Shown: one piece after another, positions 8,416 through 17,760 of the stretch
Numbering within the stretch: the first letter of the stretch is position 1
How the letters are laid out: every line of letters starts with the position of its first letter
DNA from: a virus
Taxonomy: Duplodnaviria; Caudoviricetes
Virus record (IMG/VR): IMGVR_UViG_3300022745_000039
Coordinates: 1-57,489 of that record
Strand: one strand, 5' to 3'
DNA: 57,489 nt
Notes under the pieces: generated by a model
What the model saw: the letters and a program-made list of their open reading frames with translations, nothing else
Databases searched by the model: none
What the model was told of the DNA's origin: nothing
Made by a program: the position numbers and the translations under genes

Positions 8416-9372
8416 ATGGCAGGAGAAGACCGAGGCGATAACTTTACCCCCAGCGCTGCGGACATCGCAGAAGCAGCTGCGCGGGCCACAAACGCAGACA
8501 TCATCGCAGCGACAAAGACCGAGGTGGTCTCTGATGTAGTCGAGACGAAGACTGTGGACGACGATCAGACTTCGTCCGAGAAGACCGAGACCACGGATGA
8601 CACGCCGGTCGTACGCGACGAGAAGGGACGCTTCTCTGGCATCCCGAAGGCACGCTTCGACGAAGCCGTTGCCAAGGAGCGCGAGAAGGCCGAGGCCGCT
8701 CAGCGCCAAGTGGCCGAGCTGCAGAAGCAGCTACAGAGCATCGACCGCAGTGCGAAGGTCGAAGACCTGGAGAAGCAGCTCGTGGAGCTGCGCCGCGCCG
8801 ACCGCAAGGCGATCATGGACGGCGACGAAGAGAAGTCGATTGAGCTGGCCGCGCAGATCGACCGCATCAACCGCCAGATCGTCATCGCGGAGAGCCAGAC
8901 CCTGAGCACTCAGGCCGCAGAAGAAGCACGCGAAGCCATTCGTACGGAGTCCACGATTGAGCGCCTGGAAGAGATCTACCCCGTGCTCAAGGAAGGCAAC
9001 GAGAACTTCGACCAGGATCTGGTCGACCTTGTGTTGGCTAAGCAGCAGCAGCTCATCACCCGTGATCGCATGTCGCCCTCGCAGGCGCTGGCGAAAGCTG
9101 CCAACGACATCATGAGCCGCGTGCAGGCACCGGCCAGAGTGGACGAGAAGCCAGAGGGTGGCCTGAAGAATGCCAAGGGCGCAGAGCGCGCCACTCAGGG
9201 CAAGCAGAAGAACATCGACGCCGCCCTGAAGACGCCGCCCGACACGACGGACGTCGGCCTGGACACGGACAAGGCCGGTATGAAGGACGGCCTGCCGGTG
9301 CCCATGAGCGTGGACGACCTGAAGGCAATCCCTGAGTCCACTCTGAAGCGCATGCGCGGAGACATGATATGA
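8416..9372 (+). CDS. Capsid scaffolding protein
   Basis: Acidic N-terminus, RDEKGRF and IPKARFDE motifs, coiled coil, C-terminal LKRMRGD; lies between portal and MCP. Confidence 0.8.
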   Translation: MAGEDRGDNFTPSAADIAEAAARATNADIIAATKTEVVSDVVETKTVDDDQTSSEKTETTDDTPVVRDEKGRFSGIPKARFDEAVAKEREKAEAAQRQVAELQKQLQSIDRSAKVEDLEKQLVELRRADRKAIMDGDEEKSIELAAQIDRINRQIVIAESQTLSTQAAEEAREAIRTESTIERLEEIYPVLKEGNENFDQDLVDLVLAKQQQLITRDRMSPSQALAKAANDIMSRVQAPARVDEKPEGGLKNAKGAERATQGKQKNIDAALKTPPDTTDVGLDTDKAGMKDGLPVPMSVDDLKAIPESTLKRMRGDMI

Positions 9373-9719
9373 ACCGGCTCTCACGCATAGAGATCGCTCG
9401 CGTGTGTCACGAGGTGAACCGCGCCTACTGCCTCGCGCTGGGCGACGACTCCCAGCCCAGCTGGGAGGACGCACCTCAGTGGCAGAAGGACAGCGCCATG
9501 CTCGGCGTGGACCTGCACTGCACGGCTAACGCCGGACCCGAGGCCGGCCACGAGTCGTGGATGGCGCAGAAGGAGCGTGACGGCTGGGTGCACGGGGAGG
9601 TGAAAGACCCTGAGAAGAAAGAGCACCCCTGCATGGTCCCGTTCGACAAGCTGCCGCGTGAGCAGCAGGCCAAGGACTTCATTTTCCGTGCAGTGGTTCA
9701 CGCCCTGCGCACAGTTTAA
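9369..9719 (+). CDS. RyR (ryanodine receptor repeat) domain protein
   Basis: IARVCHEVNRAYC...HESWMAQKERDGWVHGEVKDPEKKEHPCMVPFDKLP..QQAKD. Confidence 0.85.
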   Translation: MNRLSRIEIARVCHEVNRAYCLALGDDSQPSWEDAPQWQKDSAMLGVDLHCTANAGPEAGHESWMAQKERDGWVHGEVKDPEKKEHPCMVPFDKLPREQQAKDFIFRAVVHALRTV

Positions 9720-9730
9720 GGAGCACCGCA

Positions 9731-10132
9731 GTGCACAACATCACATCGCCCCGCACAGACGACAACGCCATTGGGCAGGAGATCAAGGCCAAGGGCTTGA
9801 CTGCGCCCCGCGTCACACCCGCTGACCTGGAGGCGAACACCAAGGCCGTCTTCTTCTTCACAGCCGACCAGGGCGCACGCCATGCATTCCTGGATTCGCT
9901 GGCAGGTAACTCTGCTGAGCGCGACTTCGCCCCGCTGGACCCAGCCCTGAACCTGCTGACGTTCTGCGTCATCGTGCTCAAGAACGGCTTCACGGTGACC
10001 GGCGAGAGCGCATGCGCCAGTCCTGAGAACTTCGACGAAGGTATCGGTCGCAAGATCGCCTTCGAGAACGCGAAGCAGAAGGTCTGGCCGCTCATGGGCT
10101 ACGCACTCAAGGAACGCCTGTCGGCGGCTTGA
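9731..10132 (+). CDS. N4 gp49/Sf6 gp66-family protein
   Basis: LTAPRVTP...LTFCVIVLKNGFTVTGESACASPENFD..IGRKIA..NA..KVWPLMGY.LK. Confidence 0.85.
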   Translation: MHNITSPRTDDNAIGQEIKAKGLTAPRVTPADLEANTKAVFFFTADQGARHAFLDSLAGNSAERDFAPLDPALNLLTFCVIVLKNGFTVTGESACASPENFDEGIGRKIAFENAKQKVWPLMGYALKERLSAA

Positions 10133-10212
10133 TCATGTGGCTCATCGTTCCTCAGATCCTGCTTTACATCTGGTTGGATTTTCTGACCTTTAACTTTTAA
10201 CCGGAGTGCATC

Positions 10213-11751
10213 ATGCCTCGTATCGTCGATCTTGCAGCAGCGGGCCTCCGGGCTATTTTTAGTGACATCGGAAAGCTCACTTCTGTGATCGACGAGCATG
10301 GTCGCGATGTCGGTATTACTGCTGGCGGCAACGGTGCAACCTACGCCACCGATCCCCTCACCGGGAAGGCCACGGCATTTGTGGACCCGTCTGGCGGGAA
10401 CATCCCGATCAATGGATTCCGCACCACACCCCTGCGCATTGCTACCTTTGGGGATTCGACTGCAAATGTGGCGGTCACGCAAAGCCCCGCGAATCAAGAC
10501 GTGTCAAAGGTGGTTGCCGCATCTTGGCAGTCTGGACTTGTCAATCTGACAGCCTCCATCGACAAGTACGCAACTGAAATGTTTTACCCGCTGGCGTACC
10601 TTGTCGGGAATGGTGGAATCTCTGGGCAAAGCACTACCCAAATGCTTGCACGCGACACGCTGGCTGCGTCGATAACGCGCTACGCGATCACGGACATCAT
10701 CAACCTAGCCCCTCACGTTGTGCTTTTGCGGGGTGGCTCAATCAATGACCTGTTGAGCGTCACATCGGGAACTTTGGCTTCAACCGTTGCGGCTACCTAC
10801 GCGAACCACATCCAGATCATTCAGCGGTTCATGTCGGCAAATATCCCAGTTATCGACACTGGAATTTATGGTTTTGCAAACGGCACAGCAAACACCGTTG
10901 CTGATCTGGCGTCTACGCTGTCTGCCATCACGCAATTGAACACGCTGTTTGCAACCTATGCAGCACAGTACCCCGGCAAGATTCAGTTCATCAGCCCTAC
11001 GGGCTTGGTGTCCGATGCTTCTGGTGCCTACCTTCCGAACATGAGCGCGGATGGGACGCACCTTACCGCATGGGGGCAGTATCAGATTGCACCGCAGGAA
11101 GCCGTTGCGCTCACTCGCTTGTTCGGTGCAAGCTCAAACGTGCGCTATCAAGGCCAGAACAACCATGCAAATTCGTTGTTTGCCAACACTGGCGTGCAGG
11201 GATATGGAACGGTCGCAACAGGTTTATCCGTGGGCGTGGCAAATGCTACACGCGCCAATGCCAAGATCGAAACCATCAACGGCAAGTTGTTCCAGACCTG
11301 TGAAATCACGATCACTGGCGCGTCAAGCAATTCAAGCATCTATTTCAGCTACGACCCGACTGCTACTGCATCAGGCATGGTGGCTGCGATGGCTATTTCT
11401 TCCGGTGATATTTGGGGCTTTGAGTTTGATTTTTACTTGGCTCCGCTTAGTGGAAGCGTGTTGAATATCGCATCTTCTGGCATGAATGCGCGAGTGGATA
11501 CCCGCGACAGCGTTGGTTCTGGTCGGATTTTGTTTGACCGATTTGCTCCTGGTGGGGTTGTGGCAATAGCTGGCCCATACATCGGGCACTTCAATATTCC
11601 ACCAATTCAATACGGCGACACTTCTGCCAACTTGACCACAGCGTCGAGCTGGTTGGTCCAGGTCAGCCCAGCAGACACAAGCGGCACATACAAGATTGGC
11701 GTGTCGCAGCCGCGCATCGTCAAGCTTAACCAGCCGGTCAACACGATCTAA
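10213..11751 (+). CDS. SGNH/GDSL hydrolase-domain protein, probably a virion-associated esterase
   Basis: ATFGDS, GNGGISGQST, GGSIND, DGTHL catalytic blocks; beta-rich C-terminus; visibly more AT-rich than neighbours. Confidence 0.85.
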   Translation: MPRIVDLAAAGLRAIFSDIGKLTSVIDEHGRDVGITAGGNGATYATDPLTGKATAFVDPSGGNIPINGFRTTPLRIATFGDSTANVAVTQSPANQDVSKVVAASWQSGLVNLTASIDKYATEMFYPLAYLVGNGGISGQSTTQMLARDTLAASITRYAITDIINLAPHVVLLRGGSINDLLSVTSGTLASTVAATYANHIQIIQRFMSANIPVIDTGIYGFANGTANTVADLASTLSAITQLNTLFATYAAQYPGKIQFISPTGLVSDASGAYLPNMSADGTHLTAWGQYQIAPQEAVALTRLFGASSNVRYQGQNNHANSLFANTGVQGYGTVATGLSVGVANATRANAKIETINGKLFQTCEITITGASSNSSIYFSYDPTATASGMVAAMAISSGDIWGFEFDFYLAPLSGSVLNIASSGMNARVDTRDSVGSGRILFDRFAPGGVVAIAGPYIGHFNIPPIQYGDTSANLTTASSWLVQVSPADTSGTYKIGVSQPRIVKLNQPVNTI

Positions 11752-11793
11752 TCCCCTCAGCACGAGGCTTGGACTCTTTTCTGTACGACTTGA

Positions 11794-11823
11794 AATCTAA
11801 TAGAATCTGCGCTAATCTCACGG
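11794..11823 (+). promoter_or_regulatory. Tandem decamer array overlapping a -10-like TAGAAT upstream of the capsid gene
   Basis: AATCTAATAG AATCTGCGCT AATCTCACGG. Confidence 0.7.
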
Positions 11824-11975
11824 TGCGGCTCGTTAGAGTCGCACCACTCGTCCACCAGTACGACATCTGGCCATGGCCGGTGCCCAAGCACCCGAAGCGA
11901 CTCCGTAAGAGCCGAACAACTCGCATGTCACCAGCGACAGAAGTGGCCTGAGATGAAGCACAGATTGCTTCAGAC
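11822..11975 (+). ncRNA. Candidate structured leader RNA of the capsid gene
   Basis: Hairpins GGTGCGGCTC-gtta-GAGTCGCACC, CCAG..CTGG, GGTGC-ccaa-GCACC, TGTC..GACA, TGAAGC-acagatt-GCTTCA in a ~190-nt non-coding gap. Confidence 0.45.
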
Positions 11976-12009
11976 CTTGTTCGATTTTTAACCATAGGAG
12001 TCCCATGCC

Positions 12010-13134
12010 ATGAGCATGACAAACTTTGCCAACTTGACCACGGAACAAAAAACCGTCTGGTCTCTCGATTTCTGGAACCAAGCCCGTAACCTGTCCTTCG
12101 TGAACAAGTTCCTCGGCAAGGGCGAGAACGCCATGATCCAGCACGTCACCGAGCTGAAGAAGACCGAGAAGGGCGCTCGCGCTGTCCTGACTCTGTTGAC
12201 CGACCTCGAAGGCGACGGCGTCGCAGGCGACCGTACCTTGGAAGGTAACGAAGAGCAGCTGAAGTCCTACGACAAAGTGATCCGCATTGACCAGCTGCGC
12301 AATGCGAACCGCAACGAAGGCCGTCTGGCTGACCAGAAGACCGTCGTGAACTTCCGCGAAAACAGCCGCGACAAGCTGGCCTACTGGATCTCTGACCGTA
12401 TCGACCAGCTGGCCTTCTTGACCCTGGCCGGTCTGTCCTACACCAACCGCAACAGCGCTATTGGTATGGTGGGCGGTCGCGTCGGCTCTGACCTGCCGTT
12501 CCTGGAGTTCGCCCAGGACATCGCAGCTCCATCCAGCAAGCGCTTCGGTCGCTGGAACGGCACTTCCAAGCTGATGGAGTGGGGCGTTGGCACCGGCTCT
12601 GTGGCTTCTGCCGATACACCCACCTACGCCATGCTGGTGCAGGCCAAGGCCTACGCCAAGGACAACTACGTGCGCGGCACGAAGGAAAAGGGCGGCGAAG
12701 AGTGCTACCACGTGTTCTTCAGCCCCCAGGCTATGGCCAAGCTCAAGCTCGACCCTGACTACCTCGCCAATGTGCGCTGGGCACGTCAGCGCGGCGAAGA
12801 CAACCCCCTGTTCACAGGCGACGTTGTCAAGCTCGACGGCTTGTACCTGCACGAGTTCCGCCACGTGCCCAACACCCGTCTGACACCGTCCGGCTCCAAG
12901 TGGGGTTCTGGCGGCACCATCGACGGTTGCCAAGTGCTGTTCTGCGGCGCCCAGGCTCTGGGTATGGCCGACATCGGTATCCCTGAGTGGGTCGAGAAGG
13001 GCTTTGACTACGAGAACCAACAAGGTATCTCCATCGGCAAGGTGCTGGGCTTCCTGAAGCCTCAGTTCTATTCCCAGTACAGCGGCGGTACTACCGAAGA
13101 CTTCGGTGTGATCTCTCTGTACACCGCTCAGTAA
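12010..13134 (+). CDS. Major capsid protein (N4-gp56/DUF4043 type)
   Basis: TNFA.LT.EQKTVWS, LEGDGVAGDRTLEGNEE, IDQLRNA, LFCGAQALGMADIG motifs; strongly biased codons; AGGAG RBS. Confidence 0.92.
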   Translation: MSMTNFANLTTEQKTVWSLDFWNQARNLSFVNKFLGKGENAMIQHVTELKKTEKGARAVLTLLTDLEGDGVAGDRTLEGNEEQLKSYDKVIRIDQLRNANRNEGRLADQKTVVNFRENSRDKLAYWISDRIDQLAFLTLAGLSYTNRNSAIGMVGGRVGSDLPFLEFAQDIAAPSSKRFGRWNGTSKLMEWGVGTGSVASADTPTYAMLVQAKAYAKDNYVRGTKEKGGEECYHVFFSPQAMAKLKLDPDYLANVRWARQRGEDNPLFTGDVVKLDGLYLHEFRHVPNTRLTPSGSKWGSGGTIDGCQVLFCGAQALGMADIGIPEWVEKGFDYENQQGISIGKVLGFLKPQFYSQYSGGTTEDFGVISLYTAQ

Positions 13135-13161
13135 TCAACCACCGCCTGAAGGAGAAACATC

Positions 13162-13995
13162 ATGGCAGTTACCCGTCGCACGCGCGGTGTCCAGTACCCC
13201 CTGGTAGCCGAGTTCGTTTTCAACTACAACGACGGTCAGGCTTACCTGTCCTCGTTGACCGGCGCATCCGTCGATCTGAACCCCAAGGCCAACGTCACTG
13301 ACTTCGGCTCTGGCGTGCAGCCCGTGGGTCTGTTGTCCGGTATCACCTACGTCGCCAACACTGGTGGTCAGACCTACTACTTCGAAGTGCTGACCTTGCC
13401 TCAGAACGCCCAGGTGTTCGGTGGTGACGTCCAGGTCGAAGTGCCCTACGTTGGCCCGTCCACAGCGACTCTGTCGCTGGGTGACGTCAACTCTGGCACC
13501 CTGTACGCCTCTGCGGTGAACTTGAAGGCCTCGGCCTTGGGTGGTACTGGCTACGCCTCTGGCGCTCACACCGGCAGCACCGTGACCTTGACCGTTGGTT
13601 CTGGTCATGGTGTGGTCGCTGGCAACCTGATCAACGTGTCCGGCGTCACTGGCGCTGGTGCAGCTGCCTACAACGGCACCTACATCGTTGACAGCGTTAC
13701 CGCTACCACCATCGTGTACACCAGCGCAGCTGGCGTGACCGACGCAGCCAACACCGCTGCAGCCGGTTCCCCCACTGTGACTTTCACCGTTGGTCGCACC
13801 GCGCTCACCATTCCTGGCGAGCAGACCAACCAGGGCGGCTACGCCAGCACCACCCAGATCGGCTATGACGCCGCTGCCGGTGCTGACATCCGCATGACCC
13901 TGGCACTCGGTGCCGGTGCAGCTACCCAAGGTCGTGTGCGCATCCGCGTGATGTACACGATTGACGGTCGCATGACCGAGGTCGGTACTCAGTAA
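13162..13995 (+). CDS. Capsid decoration/cement protein with an inserted beta domain
   Basis: Follows MCP; QYPLVAEF, LPQNAQVFGG, GRTAL, GRVRIRVMY..DGR motifs. Confidence 0.7.
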   Translation: MAVTRRTRGVQYPLVAEFVFNYNDGQAYLSSLTGASVDLNPKANVTDFGSGVQPVGLLSGITYVANTGGQTYYFEVLTLPQNAQVFGGDVQVEVPYVGPSTATLSLGDVNSGTLYASAVNLKASALGGTGYASGAHTGSTVTLTVGSGHGVVAGNLINVSGVTGAGAAAYNGTYIVDSVTATTIVYTSAAGVTDAANTAAAGSPTVTFTVGRTALTIPGEQTNQGGYASTTQIGYDAAAGADIRMTLALGAGAATQGRVRIRVMYTIDGRMTEVGTQ

Positions 13996-14003
13996 GCAGC
14001 GTT

Positions 14004-14031
14004 GAAGTGGGCTTCGGCCCACTTCCTTTTT
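14004..14031 (+). terminator. Rho-independent terminator
   Basis: GAAGTGGGC-TTCG-GCCCACTTC followed by CTTTTT. Confidence 0.9.
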
Positions 14032-14052
14032 CTCAACCTTTGGAGCTTCACT

Positions 14053-14436
14053 ATGCCCGAATACGTTCTTAACCGGAACTACACCCACCGCTCTGTGCAC
14101 GGTCACATCATCAACTTCGTCAAGGGCCAGCCTGCCTGGGTGCCGCCTATCCTGGAGCGCGATGTGACTCAGTTCGGCGCAGAGCCTGTCAGTGGCGACC
14201 GCGTAGACCTGCTGGATGACCTGCCAGCACGCGAGTCGGAGCCTTCCGGTGAATATCGTCGTGCCCTCTTGCTGACTGCTTTTGAGCAGCTGGAGGCGCG
14301 TAACCAGCGTGGTGACTTCACAGGTCAGGGACGCCCACACCCCAAAGCCTTGGAGAAGATCTTGGGCTTTGAGGTCGGCGTGCGCGAGCGCGACGATGTG
14401 TGGGAAGAGCACATGAACCGTAAGGCCGCTGCGTAA
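14053..14436 (+). CDS. Hypothetical virion assembly protein
   Basis: ATG at 14053 with GGAG RBS; TAATG coupling to the next gene. Confidence 0.75.
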   Translation: MPEYVLNRNYTHRSVHGHIINFVKGQPAWVPPILERDVTQFGAEPVSGDRVDLLDDLPARESEPSGEYRRALLLTAFEQLEARNQRGDFTGQGRPHPKALEKILGFEVGVRERDDVWEEHMNRKAAA

Positions 14437-15125
14437 TGCTCTCGGACGACCTGTACACGCTGTTCCGAAGCGACGTTGTCGATTCGGTAGCGCCCTACCT
14501 CTGGAGTGATACCGAGGTCTGGGCCTACATGAACGACGCGTACAGGATGTTCGTGCGCCTCACAGGCGGCATACCGGATTCGATCTCCAGTGTCACCCAG
14601 GTGCCTATCGTCGCTGGCGCAGCCACGTCGAAGGTCAGCCCGCTGATCCTGAAGTTCAACAGTGCGTATCTGCTCTCGGACGGTACGGAGCTTGAGATCA
14701 TTAACGACCAGCAGGTGCCGCGCCTTGGCGTGTCGGACTATTCCTCTGCTGGTACGACCGTGCGCGACAACAGCCAGGGTCCAGTGCGCTACATGCAGAT
14801 CAATGTGGCGCGCAACAAGGACAACGGCTACGTGCGCTGGATCAAGGTGCCTGCAGTCAACGACACCGTGCAGCTGGACATCTACCGCCTGCCGGTCGAC
14901 ACGGTGACCACGGGCTTTGAGTTTGACGAGGTGGGCGAAGAGCACCACGAGTTCTTCATGCTCTGGATGAAGGCACGTGCCTATGGCAAGCAGGACGCTG
15001 AGTGCTTCGACCGCAACAAGCGTGACGAGTTCGACAAGGCGTTTCGCAGCTACTGCGCCGATGCGAAGGCTGAGGCCCGCCGCTACAAGAGCCACAGCAT
15101 GTCTGTTGGCTATGGAGGTCTGTAG
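14436..15125 (+). CDS. Head-tail adaptor protein
   Basis: FRSDVVD...PYLWSD.E...YMNDA and KARAYGKQDAE.FD motifs of podovirus adaptors. Confidence 0.75.
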   Translation: MLSDDLYTLFRSDVVDSVAPYLWSDTEVWAYMNDAYRMFVRLTGGIPDSISSVTQVPIVAGAATSKVSPLILKFNSAYLLSDGTELEIINDQQVPRLGVSDYSSAGTTVRDNSQGPVRYMQINVARNKDNGYVRWIKVPAVNDTVQLDIYRLPVDTVTTGFEFDEVGEEHHEFFMLWMKARAYGKQDAECFDRNKRDEFDKAFRSYCADAKAEARRYKSHSMSVGYGGL

Positions 15126-15397
15126 TGACCACATTCAAAAAAGATCCCGACGCGGTTCTGGACTACACGTTCGACTGGTCGTTGTACCTCACGCCTCTGT
15201 CCGACAGCATCAGTACGGTGTCGTTCATCGCGGACTCTCCGCTGACCACATCGAATCCTACCCACACCGCAACGACGGCCACGTGCTTCGTGTCTGGCGG
15301 CGTGGTTGGGACTTCGCTGAATCTGACATGCCGGATCACCACCGCTGGCGGTCGCACAGACGACCGCTCTATCACTTTGAAAATCGTAGACCGCTAA
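15125..15397 (+). CDS. Fiber-tail adaptor-like small protein
   Basis: KDPDAVLDYTFDW...VSGG..G....LTCRITT.GGRTDDRSI. Confidence 0.75.
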   Translation: MTTFKKDPDAVLDYTFDWSLYLTPLSDSISTVSFIADSPLTTSNPTHTATTATCFVSGGVVGTSLNLTCRITTAGGRTDDRSITLKIVDR

Positions 15398-15407
15398 AGG
15401 AGCCATC

Positions 15408-15712
15408 ATGGCATTGCAATACTCGTCCACCATCTATCTGGCCCGCCTGGACCAGATCGAAAGCTCTGCAGGCGTTTCTGCCAAGCTGAACATTTACCTT
15501 GGCACCGCGCCCGCCAACTGCGCGGCTGCGGACACCGGCACTCTGCGGATAACGGCTCGTATCACCCGCGAGACCCGCTGCGTACGATGATCGTTGCAAG
15601 CGAGGTGCGCGGTGTTGTCGTGGCGGCTGAGGCGAGAACGGTGCTCTGTCCGGCAGACTCGCGCACGGTTGTGGTGGTCGGCGAGCAGCGTCTATCGCCG
15701 CTCTCGGCGTAG
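15408..15712 (+). pseudogene. Deletion remnant: N-terminus of a small structural gene joined out of frame to the C-terminus of a fiber-type gene
   Basis: MALQYS...ARLDQIE...G.APANCAAADTGTL loses plausibility at ~15543; the -1 frame 15542-15712 reads ...EVRGVVVAAEARTVLCPADSRTVVVVGEQR.., a 9-aa periodic tail. Confidence 0.6.
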
Positions 15713-15734
15713 GCCTCACAGAAATTTGGCACGT

Positions 15735-15754
15735 ACTCTAACAGACTCTAATAT
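15735..15754 (+). promoter_or_regulatory. Tandem decamer array next to a -10-like TAGAAT
   Basis: ACTCTAACAG ACTCTAATAT; the ATG at 15767 lacks an obvious RBS. Confidence 0.65.
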
Positions 15755-15766
15755 AGAATCACGAGC

Positions 15767-16966
15767 ATGCCTCAGATTAAATCATTCAAGGGTCTGAACA
15801 ACGTCAGCGATCCGCTGAGGCTCGGTCTCGGCTGGCTTTCGCAGGCCGACAACCTTGATGTAACCGACACAGGTTCGCTTGTGAAACGGCGCGGATTTTC
15901 CAAGGTCGGCACTGGCAGCTACACAGGTCTGTTCACATCTTACGACTTCTCACGCATGTACTACGTGCAGGGCGGCGCACTCAAGAACGGTAGTGGTGTG
16001 GTGCTGGCGACTGGCATCACATCTGCGCCGATGAACTGGACCGAGGTGAATGAGCAGATCTACTTCAACAACGGCATAAATTCCGGCGTCATCGACACAG
16101 ACGATTCAATCATGCCGTGGGCGTGGCCAGCTCCGTCGGCACCCACAGTTCGCATGGAGGCACCCACACCAAAGCCTGAGTACGTGAGCACTCAGTACGA
16201 CCGGCACGTGAGTGGCTATTATCAGGTGCGGTGCACATACGTGTTGCCGGACGGAAGAGAGACAGGCAGCTCTGATGCTGGCGAAGCTACCGGCAGCGGT
16301 ATTCTGTACATCTCCAACATCCCGCAGTTGCCCGGATACAAGACCAATGTCTATGTAGCCCCTAGCGACAGCGCCGTGTATCAGCTTCTCGCGACGACCA
16401 CAGCCACCGCGATCACATTCAACGACGCCCCGAGCACGTTGGGTCGCGAGCTGATGAACATGTTCCTCGACCCCCTGCCGCAAGGCTGCGACATTGTTCA
16501 GTACTGGAAGGGCGTGATGTACGCCGCGCAGTACCTGCCCACGACTGACCAGACAGTGATCTGGTTCTCTGAGCCGCTTGGTTATCACTTGTTCAACCTG
16601 AACAGTAACTTCTTCATGGTCCCAGGTCACGTTTACATGCTTGCGACCAACGACGCAACTGCGCTGCTCATCGGTACAGACTCGCGCGTGTTTGCCTATG
16701 ACGGCCAGAAGATTGAACAGATCGCTCCGTACGGAGTCCTGCCTGGGGTGTCTTGGGTTGAGGACGAAGACGAAGAACCGACGAAGACTTATTTCTGGAC
16801 GACGCGCGGCCTGTGCAGCGCGTTGCCCTTCACGAATCTCACCGAGAGGCAGGTATCCATGCCGCCCGGAGTTAGCGCGGGTGGGACCATCGTTCGCAGC
16901 GGTGGCAAGAAGCGCTACGTCGTAGCTCTCCGTCAAGGCGGGGCGGCATTCAACCCTTACTCGTAA
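15767..16966 (+). CDS. Tail/nozzle structural protein (putative)
   Basis: FKGLNNV...ADNLDVTDTGSL.KR.G N-terminus of tail stabilisation/nozzle-like proteins; beta-propeller-like composition. Confidence 0.65.
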   Translation: MPQIKSFKGLNNVSDPLRLGLGWLSQADNLDVTDTGSLVKRRGFSKVGTGSYTGLFTSYDFSRMYYVQGGALKNGSGVVLATGITSAPMNWTEVNEQIYFNNGINSGVIDTDDSIMPWAWPAPSAPTVRMEAPTPKPEYVSTQYDRHVSGYYQVRCTYVLPDGRETGSSDAGEATGSGILYISNIPQLPGYKTNVYVAPSDSAVYQLLATTTATAITFNDAPSTLGRELMNMFLDPLPQGCDIVQYWKGVMYAAQYLPTTDQTVIWFSEPLGYHLFNLNSNFFMVPGHVYMLATNDATALLIGTDSRVFAYDGQKIEQIAPYGVLPGVSWVEDEDEEPTKTYFWTTRGLCSALPFTNLTERQVSMPPGVSAGGTIVRSGGKKRYVVALRQGGAAFNPYS

Positions 16967-16981
16967 TTTAGGAGAAACACC

Positions 16982-17755
16982 ATGACAGTGCGACTTTCGA
17001 CCGGCCTGCGTAACAGCCTCGCGCAAGGCCTCGGCTTTGCTGGCGCGTTCAATCGCGGAACCATCAACATCTACTCTGGTTCGCAACCTGCCACTGCCGA
17101 CTCTGCTGTGTCGGGCACACTGCTTGGCACTGTGACCATCGGCTCTGGTGCACTGACGCAAGAGACGCGTGCCACGCAGACCATTACCGTGGCTGGCGCG
17201 TCCGGCTCCATCAACACGGTGACTGTCGGCACGTTCAACATCATCCCTGATGTCACCTCGGTGCCATTCAACACCTCGCAGAATCAGACAGCCTCCGACC
17301 TGTGCGACGCGATCAACCGCAACGGCATTTACACGGCAAGTGTTTCTGCGAACGTGGTGACGATCAGCCCGCGTCCTGGCGTAGGTGCGACCCACAACGG
17401 ATACGTTGTCGCGACCACCGTGACTACCTTGACCGCCACCTCTGGCGGCAACATGGCCGGTGGCGTGGCAGCGGCCAACGCCCTGTTCTTTGCACCTCCT
17501 GTTGCTGGCGTAGTCGCCAAGCCTTCCACCTCTGTGTGGAGCTTCGTCGGTGTTGCGACTGGAACTGCTGGCTGGTTCCGCTTCGTCGGTAGTGCTTCGG
17601 ACGCTGGCGCGCTGATCTCGGCAGCTCCGTACCTTGTGCGCATGGACGGCTCCATCGCCGTGTCTGGTGCAGACATGAACCTGTCGAACATCAACGTCAC
17701 GACCGGTGCGCCGAACACCATCGATACCTTCAGCTTCACTATTCCTGCGCAGTAA
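16982..17755 (+). CDS. Virion structural protein
   Basis: RLSTGLRN, IYSGSQPATAD....GTLL, GTAGWFRF, RMDGSI motifs; AGGAG RBS. Confidence 0.7.
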   Translation: MTVRLSTGLRNSLAQGLGFAGAFNRGTINIYSGSQPATADSAVSGTLLGTVTIGSGALTQETRATQTITVAGASGSINTVTVGTFNIIPDVTSVPFNTSQNQTASDLCDAINRNGIYTASVSANVVTISPRPGVGATHNGYVVATTVTTLTATSGGNMAGGVAAANALFFAPPVAGVVAKPSTSVWSFVGVATGTAGWFRFVGSASDAGALISAAPYLVRMDGSIAVSGADMNLSNINVTTGAPNTIDTFSFTIPAQ

Positions 17756-17760
17756 GGTGC

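Noticed and set aside
11769-11951. 60-aa ORF upstream of the capsid gene
   Set aside because: TTG start, atypical composition, and overlap with the regulatory array and hairpins; better explained as non-coding
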